Shown here piece after piece: positions 10,562 to 17,909 of a DNA stretch of 64,000 bases. Position 1 is the stretch's first letter; every line of letters begins with the position of its first letter. A model generated the notes under the pieces. The model was not told the DNA's origin and did not search any database. It was given only the letters and a program-made list of their open reading frames with translations. This DNA comes from Erysipelotrichales bacterium (GTDB lineage: Bacteria; Bacillota_I; Bacilli_A; RFN20; CAG-826): positions 22,625-86,624 of the forward strand of contig JAFLVA010000005.1 in NCBI GenBank assembly GCA_022508525.1. Direction: 5' to 3'. The position numbers and the translations under genes are program-made.

Positions 10562-10933
10562 ATAAAAGAGGTGATACTTACGGAAAAACTAATAGAACAA
10601 GCAATTAAAAATCACAATTCTTTAATAGAAAACGTCCGCAAGCAAATGCCAAATAACGAAGAAGTAACTGATCTTGCTAATTTGTTTAAAGTATTTGGAG
10701 ACGCAACTAGAGCTAAAATTATGTCAGTTTTAGAAATTAGAGATTTATGTGTTAATGATATTGCTGACGTTTTAGAAATGAGTATTTCAGCTGTATCACA
10801 TCAACTTCGTATTTTAAGAGATGCAAAACTTGTTAAAGCAACAAAAATGGGGAAAGAAGTTATGTATTCTCTTGATGATGACCATGTTTCACAAATATTT
10901 AAATGTGGTTTATCACATATCAACGAAGAATAA
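10544..10933 (+). CDS. ArsR/SmtB-family metalloregulator with an alpha5-type (CzrA/SmtB-like) metal site; start codon uncertain
   Basis: wHTH LCVNDIADVLEMSISAVSHQLRILRDAKLV. C-terminal DDH-x10-H-x2-E (DxHx10HxxE). The listed TTG start lies inside operator O1, and the only SD (AAGAGGTGA, 10566-10574) is downstream of it, so the true start is unclear. Confidence 0.8.
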   Translation: MNNRSNIKEVILTEKLIEQAIKNHNSLIENVRKQMPNNEEVTDLANLFKVFGDATRAKIMSVLEIRDLCVNDIADVLEMSISAVSHQLRILRDAKLVKATKMGKEVMYSLDDDHVSQIFKCGLSHINEE

Positions 10934-10934
10934 T

Positions 10935-10956
10935 AAACAGGAATATATCCTGTTTT
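10935..10956 (+). terminator. short hairpin between the regulator and the HMA gene (weak terminator/attenuator)
   Basis: AAACAGGA-atata-TCCTGTTT. Only a short T run, so probably leaky. Confidence 0.35.
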
Positions 10957-10968
10957 AAAATAATAAAC

Positions 10969-10988
10969 ATTTGAATGAATGCTCAAAT
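10969..10988 (+). promoter_or_regulatory. ArsR/SmtB-type operator O2 (second copy)
   Basis: ATTTGAATGAATGCTCAAAT: 16/20 identical to O1, with shared flanks AACATTTGAAT...TCAAATA. Sits 17 nt upstream of the HMA gene ATG. Confidence 0.55.
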
Positions 10989-11004
10989 AATGGAGGTTTT
11001 AATT

Positions 11005-11220
11005 ATGAGAAAAGTTTTTAAATTAGAAGATTTAGATTGTGCAAATTGTGCAGCTAAAATGGAAGATGCTATTAAAAAGATTGAAGGCGTAAAATTTGCA
11101 AGTGTGTCATTTATGACACAAAGACTAGTATTAGAGGCAGATGACAATGTTTTTGATGAAGTGTTGTCAAAAGCAAGAAAAGCAGTAAGCAAAATTGAAC
11201 CTGATTGCACAATAAAATAA
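11005..11220 (+). CDS. stand-alone heavy-metal-associated (HMA) domain protein
   Basis: Start moved to ATG 11005 (GGAGG, 8-nt spacing). Metal-binding loop LDCANCAAKMEDAI, as seen at the N-terminus of Cd/Zn P-type ATPases. 71 aa. Confidence 0.8.
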   Translation: MRKVFKLEDLDCANCAAKMEDAIKKIEGVKFASVSFMTQRLVLEADDNVFDEVLSKARKAVSKIEPDCTIK

Positions 11221-11237
11221 AGAAAGAAATGATATAA

Positions 11238-13157
11238 ATGACAAAAAAACAAAAAAAGAATTTGATACGTATTATTGTAGCATTAACATTGTTCATCATT
11301 GTTTTTATTGTTGATAAGGTCGTAGTTCTATCAACTGTAATTAATGATAACTTAGGTTGGCTTTTACCATTTTTCCTTTATTTAACAATCTATATCATTA
11401 TTGGCTATGATGTTATTATTAAAGCATTTAAAAACATAAAAAATGGTCAAATATTTGATGAATGTTTCTTGATGCTTGTTGCCACAATTGGAGCATTTTC
11501 TCTTGCGATATATCGAGGAGTTAATAAAGAAGAAATTGAGGGATTTGATGAGGCTTGCGCAGTTTTACTTTTCTATCAAATAGGAGAATTTTTTCAAAAT
11601 TACGCGGTTAGCAGATCACGTAAATCAATTGCGTCTTTGATGGATATACGTCCGGATTATGCAAATGTATATGTTGGAAATGAAGTAAATACTGTTGATC
11701 CAGAAAGTGTTAATCTTGATGATATTATAGTTGTTTATCCTGGAGAAAAAGTTCCACTTGATGGAATTGTAATAAAAGGAGAAACATCACTAGATACTAA
11801 ATCACTTACTGGTGAGTCCAAACCAAGTATTGTAAAAATAAATGATTGTGTAATAAGTGGAACAATTAACTTAACATCTACAATCGAAGTAAAGGTTACA
11901 AAAGAGTTTTATAATTCAACAGTTTCAAAAGTTTTAGAGTTGGTTGAAAATGCATCAAGTAAAAAAGCAAAGACCGAACAGTTTATTACTAAATTTGCTA
12001 AATACTATACACCAATTGTTGTAATGCTTGCTTTAATTTTAGCTATTGTTCCAAGCCTAATAACTGGAGCATGGAATGATTGGATTTATCGCTCATTAAG
12101 CTTCTTAGTTGTATCTTGTCCATGTGCTTTAGTCATTTCAATTCCTTTGACATTCTTTTCAGGAATTGGAATCGCATCAAAAAAAGGTATATTAATTAAA
12201 GGCTCTAATTATTTAGAACAATTTAGTAATGCTAAAACGTTTGTATTTGATAAAACTGGAACTTTAACAAAAGGCAATTTTGTTATTACGAAAGTATACC
12301 CAGAAAATAAAAGAGAAGAAATTTTAAAATTAGCAGCAACAGCAGAGCATGATTTATCACATCCAATTGCAAAATCTATTTGTAATGAATATAAAGGTAA
12401 ATTTTCTAAAGATTATGTCATGACTGATTTACAAGGTTTAGGAATTGTGGCTAAAAAAGGTAATGATACAATTTATTGTGGTAATGAAAAATTAATGAAA
12501 AAGTATCATATTGGCTTTGAAAAAGCAAATGAAAATGGAACTATAGTGTATGTAGCAAAAAATGATGAATATATTGGTACGATTATAATTAATGATGAAA
12601 TTAAAAATGAAAGTTTCAATTTAATTAAATATTTGCAAAGCACAAATACTGAAGTTCTTATGTTGACAGGTGACAATGAATCTAGCGCAAAACAAATAGC
12701 AGAAGAGTTAAATATCAAAAATTATAAATCGTCATTATTACCACAAGACAAATATGAACTTTTAACAAATTTGATTAGTAATAGTAAAAAACCAGTTTGC
12801 TTTGTTGGAGATGGAATAAATGATGCACCATCATTAATGATCTCTGATGTTGGAATTTCCATGGGCGGAATTGGTAGTGATGCCGCAATAGAGGCAAGTG
12901 ATATAGTATTAATGCAAGATGACTTAAATAATATTATAGAGGCTAAAAAAATATCGCAAAAAACTATGAGAATCGTAAAAGAAAACATTATTTTTGCGAT
13001 AAGTGTAAAAGTTATTATATTAGTTTTGTCAGCTTTTGGATTTGCAAATATGTGGATTGCTGTATTTGGCGATGTTGGTGTCACATTGCTTGCAATATTG
13101 AATTCCTTAAGATTATTTAAGTATAAGTCTAAAATTGAATCTAAAAAATCAAAGTAA
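11238..13157 (+). CDS. P1B-2-type heavy-metal (Zn/Cd/Pb) translocating ATPase lacking its own N-terminal HMA domain
   Basis: TM6 SCPCALV, DKTGTLT, TGDN, GDGINDAP. TM7 N-x7-K (NIIFAISVK) and TM8 DVG (DxG). The protein starts directly with a TM segment. Confidence 0.9.
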   Translation: MTKKQKKNLIRIIVALTLFIIVFIVDKVVVLSTVINDNLGWLLPFFLYLTIYIIIGYDVIIKAFKNIKNGQIFDECFLMLVATIGAFSLAIYRGVNKEEIEGFDEACAVLLFYQIGEFFQNYAVSRSRKSIASLMDIRPDYANVYVGNEVNTVDPESVNLDDIIVVYPGEKVPLDGIVIKGETSLDTKSLTGESKPSIVKINDCVISGTINLTSTIEVKVTKEFYNSTVSKVLELVENASSKKAKTEQFITKFAKYYTPIVVMLALILAIVPSLITGAWNDWIYRSLSFLVVSCPCALVISIPLTFFSGIGIASKKGILIKGSNYLEQFSNAKTFVFDKTGTLTKGNFVITKVYPENKREEILKLAATAEHDLSHPIAKSICNEYKGKFSKDYVMTDLQGLGIVAKKGNDTIYCGNEKLMKKYHIGFEKANENGTIVYVAKNDEYIGTIIINDEIKNESFNLIKYLQSTNTEVLMLTGDNESSAKQIAEELNIKNYKSSLLPQDKYELLTNLISNSKKPVCFVGDGINDAPSLMISDVGISMGGIGSDAAIEASDIVLMQDDLNNIIEAKKISQKTMRIVKENIIFAISVKVIILVLSAFGFANMWIAVFGDVGVTLLAILNSLRLFKYKSKIESKKSK

Positions 13158-13161
13158 TAAT

Positions 13162-13743
13162 CTATTTAATACGAATGATTTTTGACCAAAGAAATATTGC
13201 AATTTGTGCTGGAACACCCACTATAAATATTAAATAAATGTTTAATTTTATAAATTGGAAGTATATAGCAGCTATTAGAGTCCATAAGAAAGTACTAAAA
13301 ATAATAGTACGAGTAATATTGGCCTCTTTTCTTAATTGGAAAGAAATAAGTAATAGACTAACTGGTACGGACCAGATAAATACTTGATAAGGATATACTT
13401 GAAGATATTGACTGGCATAAACAAATATAATTGTCGCAAGTGTCCAAATTACGGAGACGAGGAAAGCAGTAAAAAAATATTTGTTTTTATCGACAGTCTC
13501 TTTATTCATATAGTGATTAATATTTTTATCGTGTGAATCGGATAAGAGATAGTCTACTGTTACGTTAAATATTTTTGAAATGGAAATAAGTGTTTCTAAC
13601 TCAGGAATTGATTCTCCGCGTTCCCATTTTGAGATAGCTTTTGGTGTGTAGTTTAACTTAGCAGCAAGTTCATTTTGTGTTAAATTGTTACTTTTTCGCA
13701 ATTCTTGAATATTTTTTCCAATAGTTATTTTTAAATTTTCCAT
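13162..13743 (-). CDS. membrane-tethered XRE-family HTH regulator
   Basis: N-terminal HTH_3 (IQELRKSNNLTQNELAAKLNYTPKAISKWERGESIP) followed by about 4 predicted TM helices. Confidence 0.8.
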   Translation of the reverse strand: MENLKITIGKNIQELRKSNNLTQNELAAKLNYTPKAISKWERGESIPELETLISISKIFNVTVDYLLSDSHDKNINHYMNKETVDKNKYFFTAFLVSVIWTLATIIFVYASQYLQVYPYQVFIWSVPVSLLLISFQLRKEANITRTIIFSTFLWTLIAAIYFQFIKLNIYLIFIVGVPAQIAIFLWSKIIRIK

Positions 13744-13803
13744 AAAGCAATACTTCCTATAAAGTGATACAATAATAGCATATTTTTACATATAATGGAA
13801 CTG

Positions 13804-13826
13804 CTAGTAGTATAAATTACTATTAG
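13804..13826. promoter_or_regulatory. imperfect inverted repeat in the divergent XRE/GT4 promoter region (candidate operator)
   Basis: CTAGTAGTA-taaat-TACTATTAG (9-bp arms, 1 mismatch). Confidence 0.25.
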
Positions 13827-13917
13827 TGGTGGCTCTAGAATTGCCAGTTCATTTTGTAATCTTAACAGTGTACTTTACTTTAAACAAATAGTAATTATAA
13901 TGTAAGAGGTGATTTTT

Positions 13918-15081
13918 ATGAACGTTACAGTAGTATGTGAAGTGCTTGGTGAAGCTAATAATGGTACAACTATAGCTGCAATGAATCTTATCAACTATTT
14001 GACCAAGAAAGGTCATAACGTGAAAGTTGTATGCCCGGATGCTGATAAAAGAGGAAAAGAAAATTATTATATAATCCCAGTTGCAAATTTAGGACATATT
14101 CTCAATAAGGTTTTAGAGATGAATAAAATTGTTGCTGCCAAATATGATAAGACTACAATTTATGATGCAGTTAAAGATGCAGACATTGTTCATATTATGA
14201 TTCCAGTTTTTATTGCAAGGAAAACTGCAAAATTATTAAAGAGTTTGGATATACCAATTTCTGCTGGTTTTCACGCGCAAGCCGAGAATTTAACTGCACA
14301 TTTAGGAATGAAAAATTTTCATTTCGCTAATCACTTAACTTATCTTTTTTACAATAAAAACTTATATAAGTATGTTGATGGAATTCATTACCCAACACAA
14401 TTTATACGCGACTATTTTGAAAAGGAAATTAAGAAGACTACTAATGGTTATGTAATTTCTAATGGCGTTAATGATATATATCGTGTAAGACCAAGTGTAA
14501 AACCAAAAGAATTCGAGGATAAATTTTGTATTTTATTCACAGGTAGATATTCAAAAGAAAAGTCACACATGGTTTTATTAAAAGCAATTGAAAAATCGAA
14601 ATATAAAGATAAAATTCAGCTTATATGCGCTGGAGATGGTCCTTTAAAGAAAAAATTAGTTAAATATTCTGAAAAGCATCTGACAAACATGCCGATGTTT
14701 AACTTTTTCACACGTGAAGAATTGCTAGATGTAATAAATTATTCGGATTTATATTGTCATCCGGCTGAAATTGAAATAGAAGCTATTTCATGTTTAGAGG
14801 CAATATGTTGTGGACTAGTTCCAGTTATTGCAAATTCTCCAAGATGTGCAACAAAGGCATTTGCAATAGATGAACGTTCACTTTTTAAGGTAAATGATAG
14901 CGATGATTTAGCACAAAAAATCGACTATTTCATTGAAAATCCAGATGAAAAAGAAAAATTAAAAAAACAATATCTTGAAAATAGTACAGCTTTTGATCAA
15001 GAACATTGCATGGAATTAATGGAAAAAATGTTATTTGATTTAGTGGAAAAGCATAAAGCAAAAGCCAATGAAAAGAATTAA
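13918..15081 (+). CDS. GT4-family (GT-B fold) glycosyltransferase, possibly glycolipid synthase
   Basis: Start moved to ATG 13918 (GAGGTGA RBS). FTGRYSKEKSH motif. E-x7-E motif EIEAISCLE followed by CCGLVPV. Confidence 0.7.
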   Translation: MNVTVVCEVLGEANNGTTIAAMNLINYLTKKGHNVKVVCPDADKRGKENYYIIPVANLGHILNKVLEMNKIVAAKYDKTTIYDAVKDADIVHIMIPVFIARKTAKLLKSLDIPISAGFHAQAENLTAHLGMKNFHFANHLTYLFYNKNLYKYVDGIHYPTQFIRDYFEKEIKKTTNGYVISNGVNDIYRVRPSVKPKEFEDKFCILFTGRYSKEKSHMVLLKAIEKSKYKDKIQLICAGDGPLKKKLVKYSEKHLTNMPMFNFFTREELLDVINYSDLYCHPAEIEIEAISCLEAICCGLVPVIANSPRCATKAFAIDERSLFKVNDSDDLAQKIDYFIENPDEKEKLKKQYLENSTAFDQEHCMELMEKMLFDLVEKHKAKANEKN

Positions 15082-15880
15082 GTATTATTATTTTGATGAA
15101 GAGAATGATGATTTCGGTAATTTTGGTATAAATACAAAAGTAACACCAGATGATTATGATTATAATCCTAAAAGTAAATGGTGGAGATTTTGGAAGAAGA
15201 CCGTGTATCTTTTGGCTGCTCCAATTGTATTTATCGGAGAGTTTTTTATTCTTGGTGGGCGAATCAAAAATCTTAAAGTCTTAAAGCCAATGAAAAAAAG
15301 AAAAGAAGGATATTTTGTATACTCTAATCATACAAGTCCTGTTAGTGATACATTTTCAGTGCCCGTTTTATCTTTCCCAAGAAGCACTTATATAATTGCT
15401 AGTCCTGATTCAATTAGCATCAAAGGATTAAAAACAATTTTGCGTTTTTTAGGTGTATTACCATTACCAAGTTCTAAACGTTCATATATTAACTTTGTGA
15501 AAGCAATTAACGATTTATATAAGAAGGGCAATGTAATATCTATATATCCTGAAGCACATATTTGGCCAAAATATAATAAAATCAGAGAATTTAAAGACAC
15601 TTCGTTTTATTATCCGGTAAAATTAAATGCTCCGATATATGTTAAAACTACAGTCTATAAGAAAAAAAGAAATGGTAAATCAAAGCAAGTTCTTTATATG
15701 GATGGTCCATTTTATCCAAATTTAGAATTAAGTTCTAAAGAAGCACAAAAAGAACTACGTGATCGTGTCTATGCTCAAATGTGTAAAAGAGTAGAAGAAC
15801 ATCAATCATATTTAGATAAAAGATATGAGTATATAAAAGTAAATTCTAAAGAAGAAGTAAGAACAGAAATTATTAAATAA
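15068..15880 (+). CDS. putative lysophospholipid acyltransferase (PlsC/LPLAT-like)
   Basis: N-terminal TM. SNHTSPVSD (HX4-5D-like block) and IYPEAHIW (FPEGTR-like block). 14-nt overlap with the GT4 gene. Confidence 0.5.
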   Translation: MKRIKYYYFDEENDDFGNFGINTKVTPDDYDYNPKSKWWRFWKKTVYLLAAPIVFIGEFFILGGRIKNLKVLKPMKKRKEGYFVYSNHTSPVSDTFSVPVLSFPRSTYIIASPDSISIKGLKTILRFLGVLPLPSSKRSYINFVKAINDLYKKGNVISIYPEAHIWPKYNKIREFKDTSFYYPVKLNAPIYVKTTVYKKKRNGKSKQVLYMDGPFYPNLELSSKEAQKELRDRVYAQMCKRVEEHQSYLDKRYEYIKVNSKEEVRTEIIK

Positions 15881-15904
15881 ATATTTTAAATAAACTTTTT
15901 TTAT

Positions 15905-15928
15905 AAGCGTTAATTTTAACGCTTTTTT
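15905..15928 (+). terminator. rho-independent terminator
   Basis: AAGCGTTAA/TTAACGCTT stem followed by T6. Confidence 0.8.
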
Positions 15929-15980
15929 AGCGCTTTGTTTCTTATAATTAAAATACATTTATAGAAGGAGAAAAAAACAA

Positions 15981-16919
15981 ATGAACAAATTAGAAAATCT
16001 TACAAGTAAATGGTGGTTTAGGTTGGCAATTTTATTGGGATTTGCGCTTGTTATGTTTATACTCGCTATGAGTTTAATACCTAATGATAGAGAGTCAGCA
16101 AACTACGCAAATGAAGGAACACTAACAGTGATGAGTTGTATTTTGGTTAATTCCGCAACTGTTGTTATGTATTTTGCAACAGATGTCTTAGATAACCTGC
16201 ATCTTAAAATTGGAAAGATTATCCGAAAGTTGCTGTTATTAATTTCCCTGGGTGTTGTCGCATTAACATTATTGATTGCAGGAATAAGTTATTTGATAAA
16301 TGTAACAAAAGGATATACTTTACAACCATTTTATGATGGTATAGGCTTCGCACCATTTATTACATATGTGTTCTTATATTTCTTTGTAGTAGGTAAATTT
16401 GAAGTAGTAAATGAAAAGGGACCTAATCGACTAAAACAATTCATTTTAATTCTTGTTGCGTGTATTGCTCCAATTATTGTCGGTATTTTATTTGTATTAA
16501 TATTGAAATTAATAAATAGTGAAACAGTGTCTTTTATTGCATTGATTGCATTTTATGCCATTTTGGTTTTATCTTTTGTCTTTTCAATTCGTAAATACGG
16601 ATTATTATTGGGTGGAACAAAAGAATATGAAAGAGATAAACCAGTATACACATCCACAAGTAATTCGACTTATGGTGAGTGGGAAAATACTTTCAAATCA
16701 AAAATAGAGGGCCATTCTTATGGCATGTATACTACAGTCACTTGTTATGCGTATAAATTTAATGGCATTATTGAAGTTAGAGTTAAAATCGACTACTATG
16801 GATCAAATGATGATAGCATAATAGCAAGACGCATAAGTGAAATAGCATCCGAAGTTAGAAATGTTTATTCAAGTGTTGCAAAAAAATGTCCTGACTCATC
16901 AAAACTTAAAATAGAATAA
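15981..16919 (+). CDS. hypothetical polytopic membrane protein with a C-terminal soluble domain
   Basis: AAGGAG RBS. About 6 hydrophobic helices, then a roughly 100-aa hydrophilic tail. No recognisable motif. Confidence 0.6.
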   Translation: MNKLENLTSKWWFRLAILLGFALVMFILAMSLIPNDRESANYANEGTLTVMSCILVNSATVVMYFATDVLDNLHLKIGKIIRKLLLLISLGVVALTLLIAGISYLINVTKGYTLQPFYDGIGFAPFITYVFLYFFVVGKFEVVNEKGPNRLKQFILILVACIAPIIVGILFVLILKLINSETVSFIALIAFYAILVLSFVFSIRKYGLLLGGTKEYERDKPVYTSTSNSTYGEWENTFKSKIEGHSYGMYTTVTCYAYKFNGIIEVRVKIDYYGSNDDSIIARRISEIASEVRNVYSSVAKKCPDSSKLKIE

Positions 16920-16949
16920 ATTAAAAAAATTAGATATTTTCGAAAAGAT

Positions 16950-16995
16950 TGCACTTTTGATAGGAATTTTCCTGTCCGAAAGTGCATTTTCTTTC
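16950..16995 (+). terminator. rho-independent terminator
   Basis: TGCACTTT...AAAGTGCA with inner AGGAA/TTCCT pairing, followed by TTTTCTTTC. Confidence 0.7.
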
Positions 16996-17283
16996 ATTGA
17001 ATATTTTGGAATGATTTGATTCAATGATAACAAATGCACTATTGCCTACTATTGAATCATCAATATATGTAAAGGAAGTTGAAATTGTAGGTGGTTCTGG
17101 TGCTTTTTACGTGATTAGATATCCAAATAAAAGTTCTTGATATAATGTTAGAGAATCAAGATTATATAAAACAGAAGAAAAAGCAAAAGAAGTTATACGA
17201 AAAAGGAAATAAAAAATAGAGAATTAGTGATGTAATAATGTTCGTAAATTATATCCGATAATACTCGCTATCGTTTATCCAAC

Positions 17284-17327
17284 CATACTCTTTACTATAT
17301 TTTTGGTAAACAGAGTATGTTTTTTTG
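17284..17327 (+). terminator. orphan rho-independent terminator (no annotated ORF upstream)
   Basis: CATACTCT...AGAGTATG stem followed by T7. Confidence 0.6.
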
Positions 17328-17381
17328 TGTAATAATAGTCATTATATTTTGATAGGTGATACTTATGTATTGAGGACGAGT

Positions 17382-17404
17382 CGTTATTAATAATATTAAT
17401 AACG
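17382..17404. repeat. 23-bp perfect palindrome
   Basis: CGTTATTAATA-A-TATTAATAACG (11-bp arms). Followed by TTACGG-containing repeats at 17405-17437. Confidence 0.8.
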
Positions 17405-17457
17405 TTACGGAACCGTTAATTTGATAATTTACGGTTATGATACATTTCACACTGCAC

Positions 17458-17485
17458 TTGACGAGAGCCTACGGGGGGGTATAAT
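17458..17485 (+). promoter_or_regulatory. near-consensus sigma-A promoter with a G7 homopolymer in the spacer
   Basis: TTGACG (17458-17463), 16-nt spacer ending in GGGGGGG (17473-17479), TATAAT (17480-17485). Lies 50 nt upstream of the lipoprotein ATG. Confidence 0.7.
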
Positions 17486-17534
17486 TTTTACAGTATGTAA
17501 TATTTTACATAAAACGAAGGAGTATTTAAAAATT

Positions 17535-17909
17535 ATGACAAGTAAAATGAAATTTAGTTTGATTGCATTGACCGGTCTACTTTTAACTGGGTGTGGCGGT
17601 AAAACTACTGCAAAGAAAGGATATCAAAGATATCTAGAGGAATCAGCAAAGTCTATGGGTATTGATAAAGGAGAACTCGATAAATTCTTTAGTTCTGTCT
17701 ATTGTGTCCATATAAATGAAGATTCATTAAAAAATAATTATTACTATAAGGCGTATTTTGGTCGAAATACAACAACTTCAACATTATATTTTACCTATTA
17801 TAGCGACACTGATTATGTTACAGAGTCTAATGCAAAGAGCACATATGAAGTTGCATATTCACTTTACGCTGATGGATATAAAAATTCATCGTATATACAA
17901 GTAAAATAA
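17535..17909 (+). CDS. small lipoprotein (124 aa), unknown function
   Basis: Start moved to ATG 17535; the listed TTG start at 17421 reads through the promoter. Signal peptide MTSKMKFSLIALTGLLLTGC with lipobox LLTGC. GGAG upstream. Confidence 0.7.
   Translation: MTSKMKFSLIALTGLLLTGCGGKTTAKKGYQRYLEESAKSMGIDKGELDKFFSSVYCVHINEDSLKNNYYYKAYFGRNTTTSTLYFTYYSDTDYVTESNAKSTYEVAYSLYADGYKNSSYIQVK

Noticed and set aside
17421-17534. The N-terminal extension of the listed ORF 17421..17909 (TTG start) puts the G7 tract inside coding sequence (LRGG). This would allow translational frameshift phase variation. I also considered the ATG at 17437, which would become in-frame with the lipoprotein if the tract were G8.
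   Set aside because: Neither upstream start has an RBS. The extension would place more than 30 residues in front of a textbook lipoprotein signal peptide. The same DNA forms a near-consensus -35/-10 promoter. The promoter-spacer interpretation is more parsimonious.
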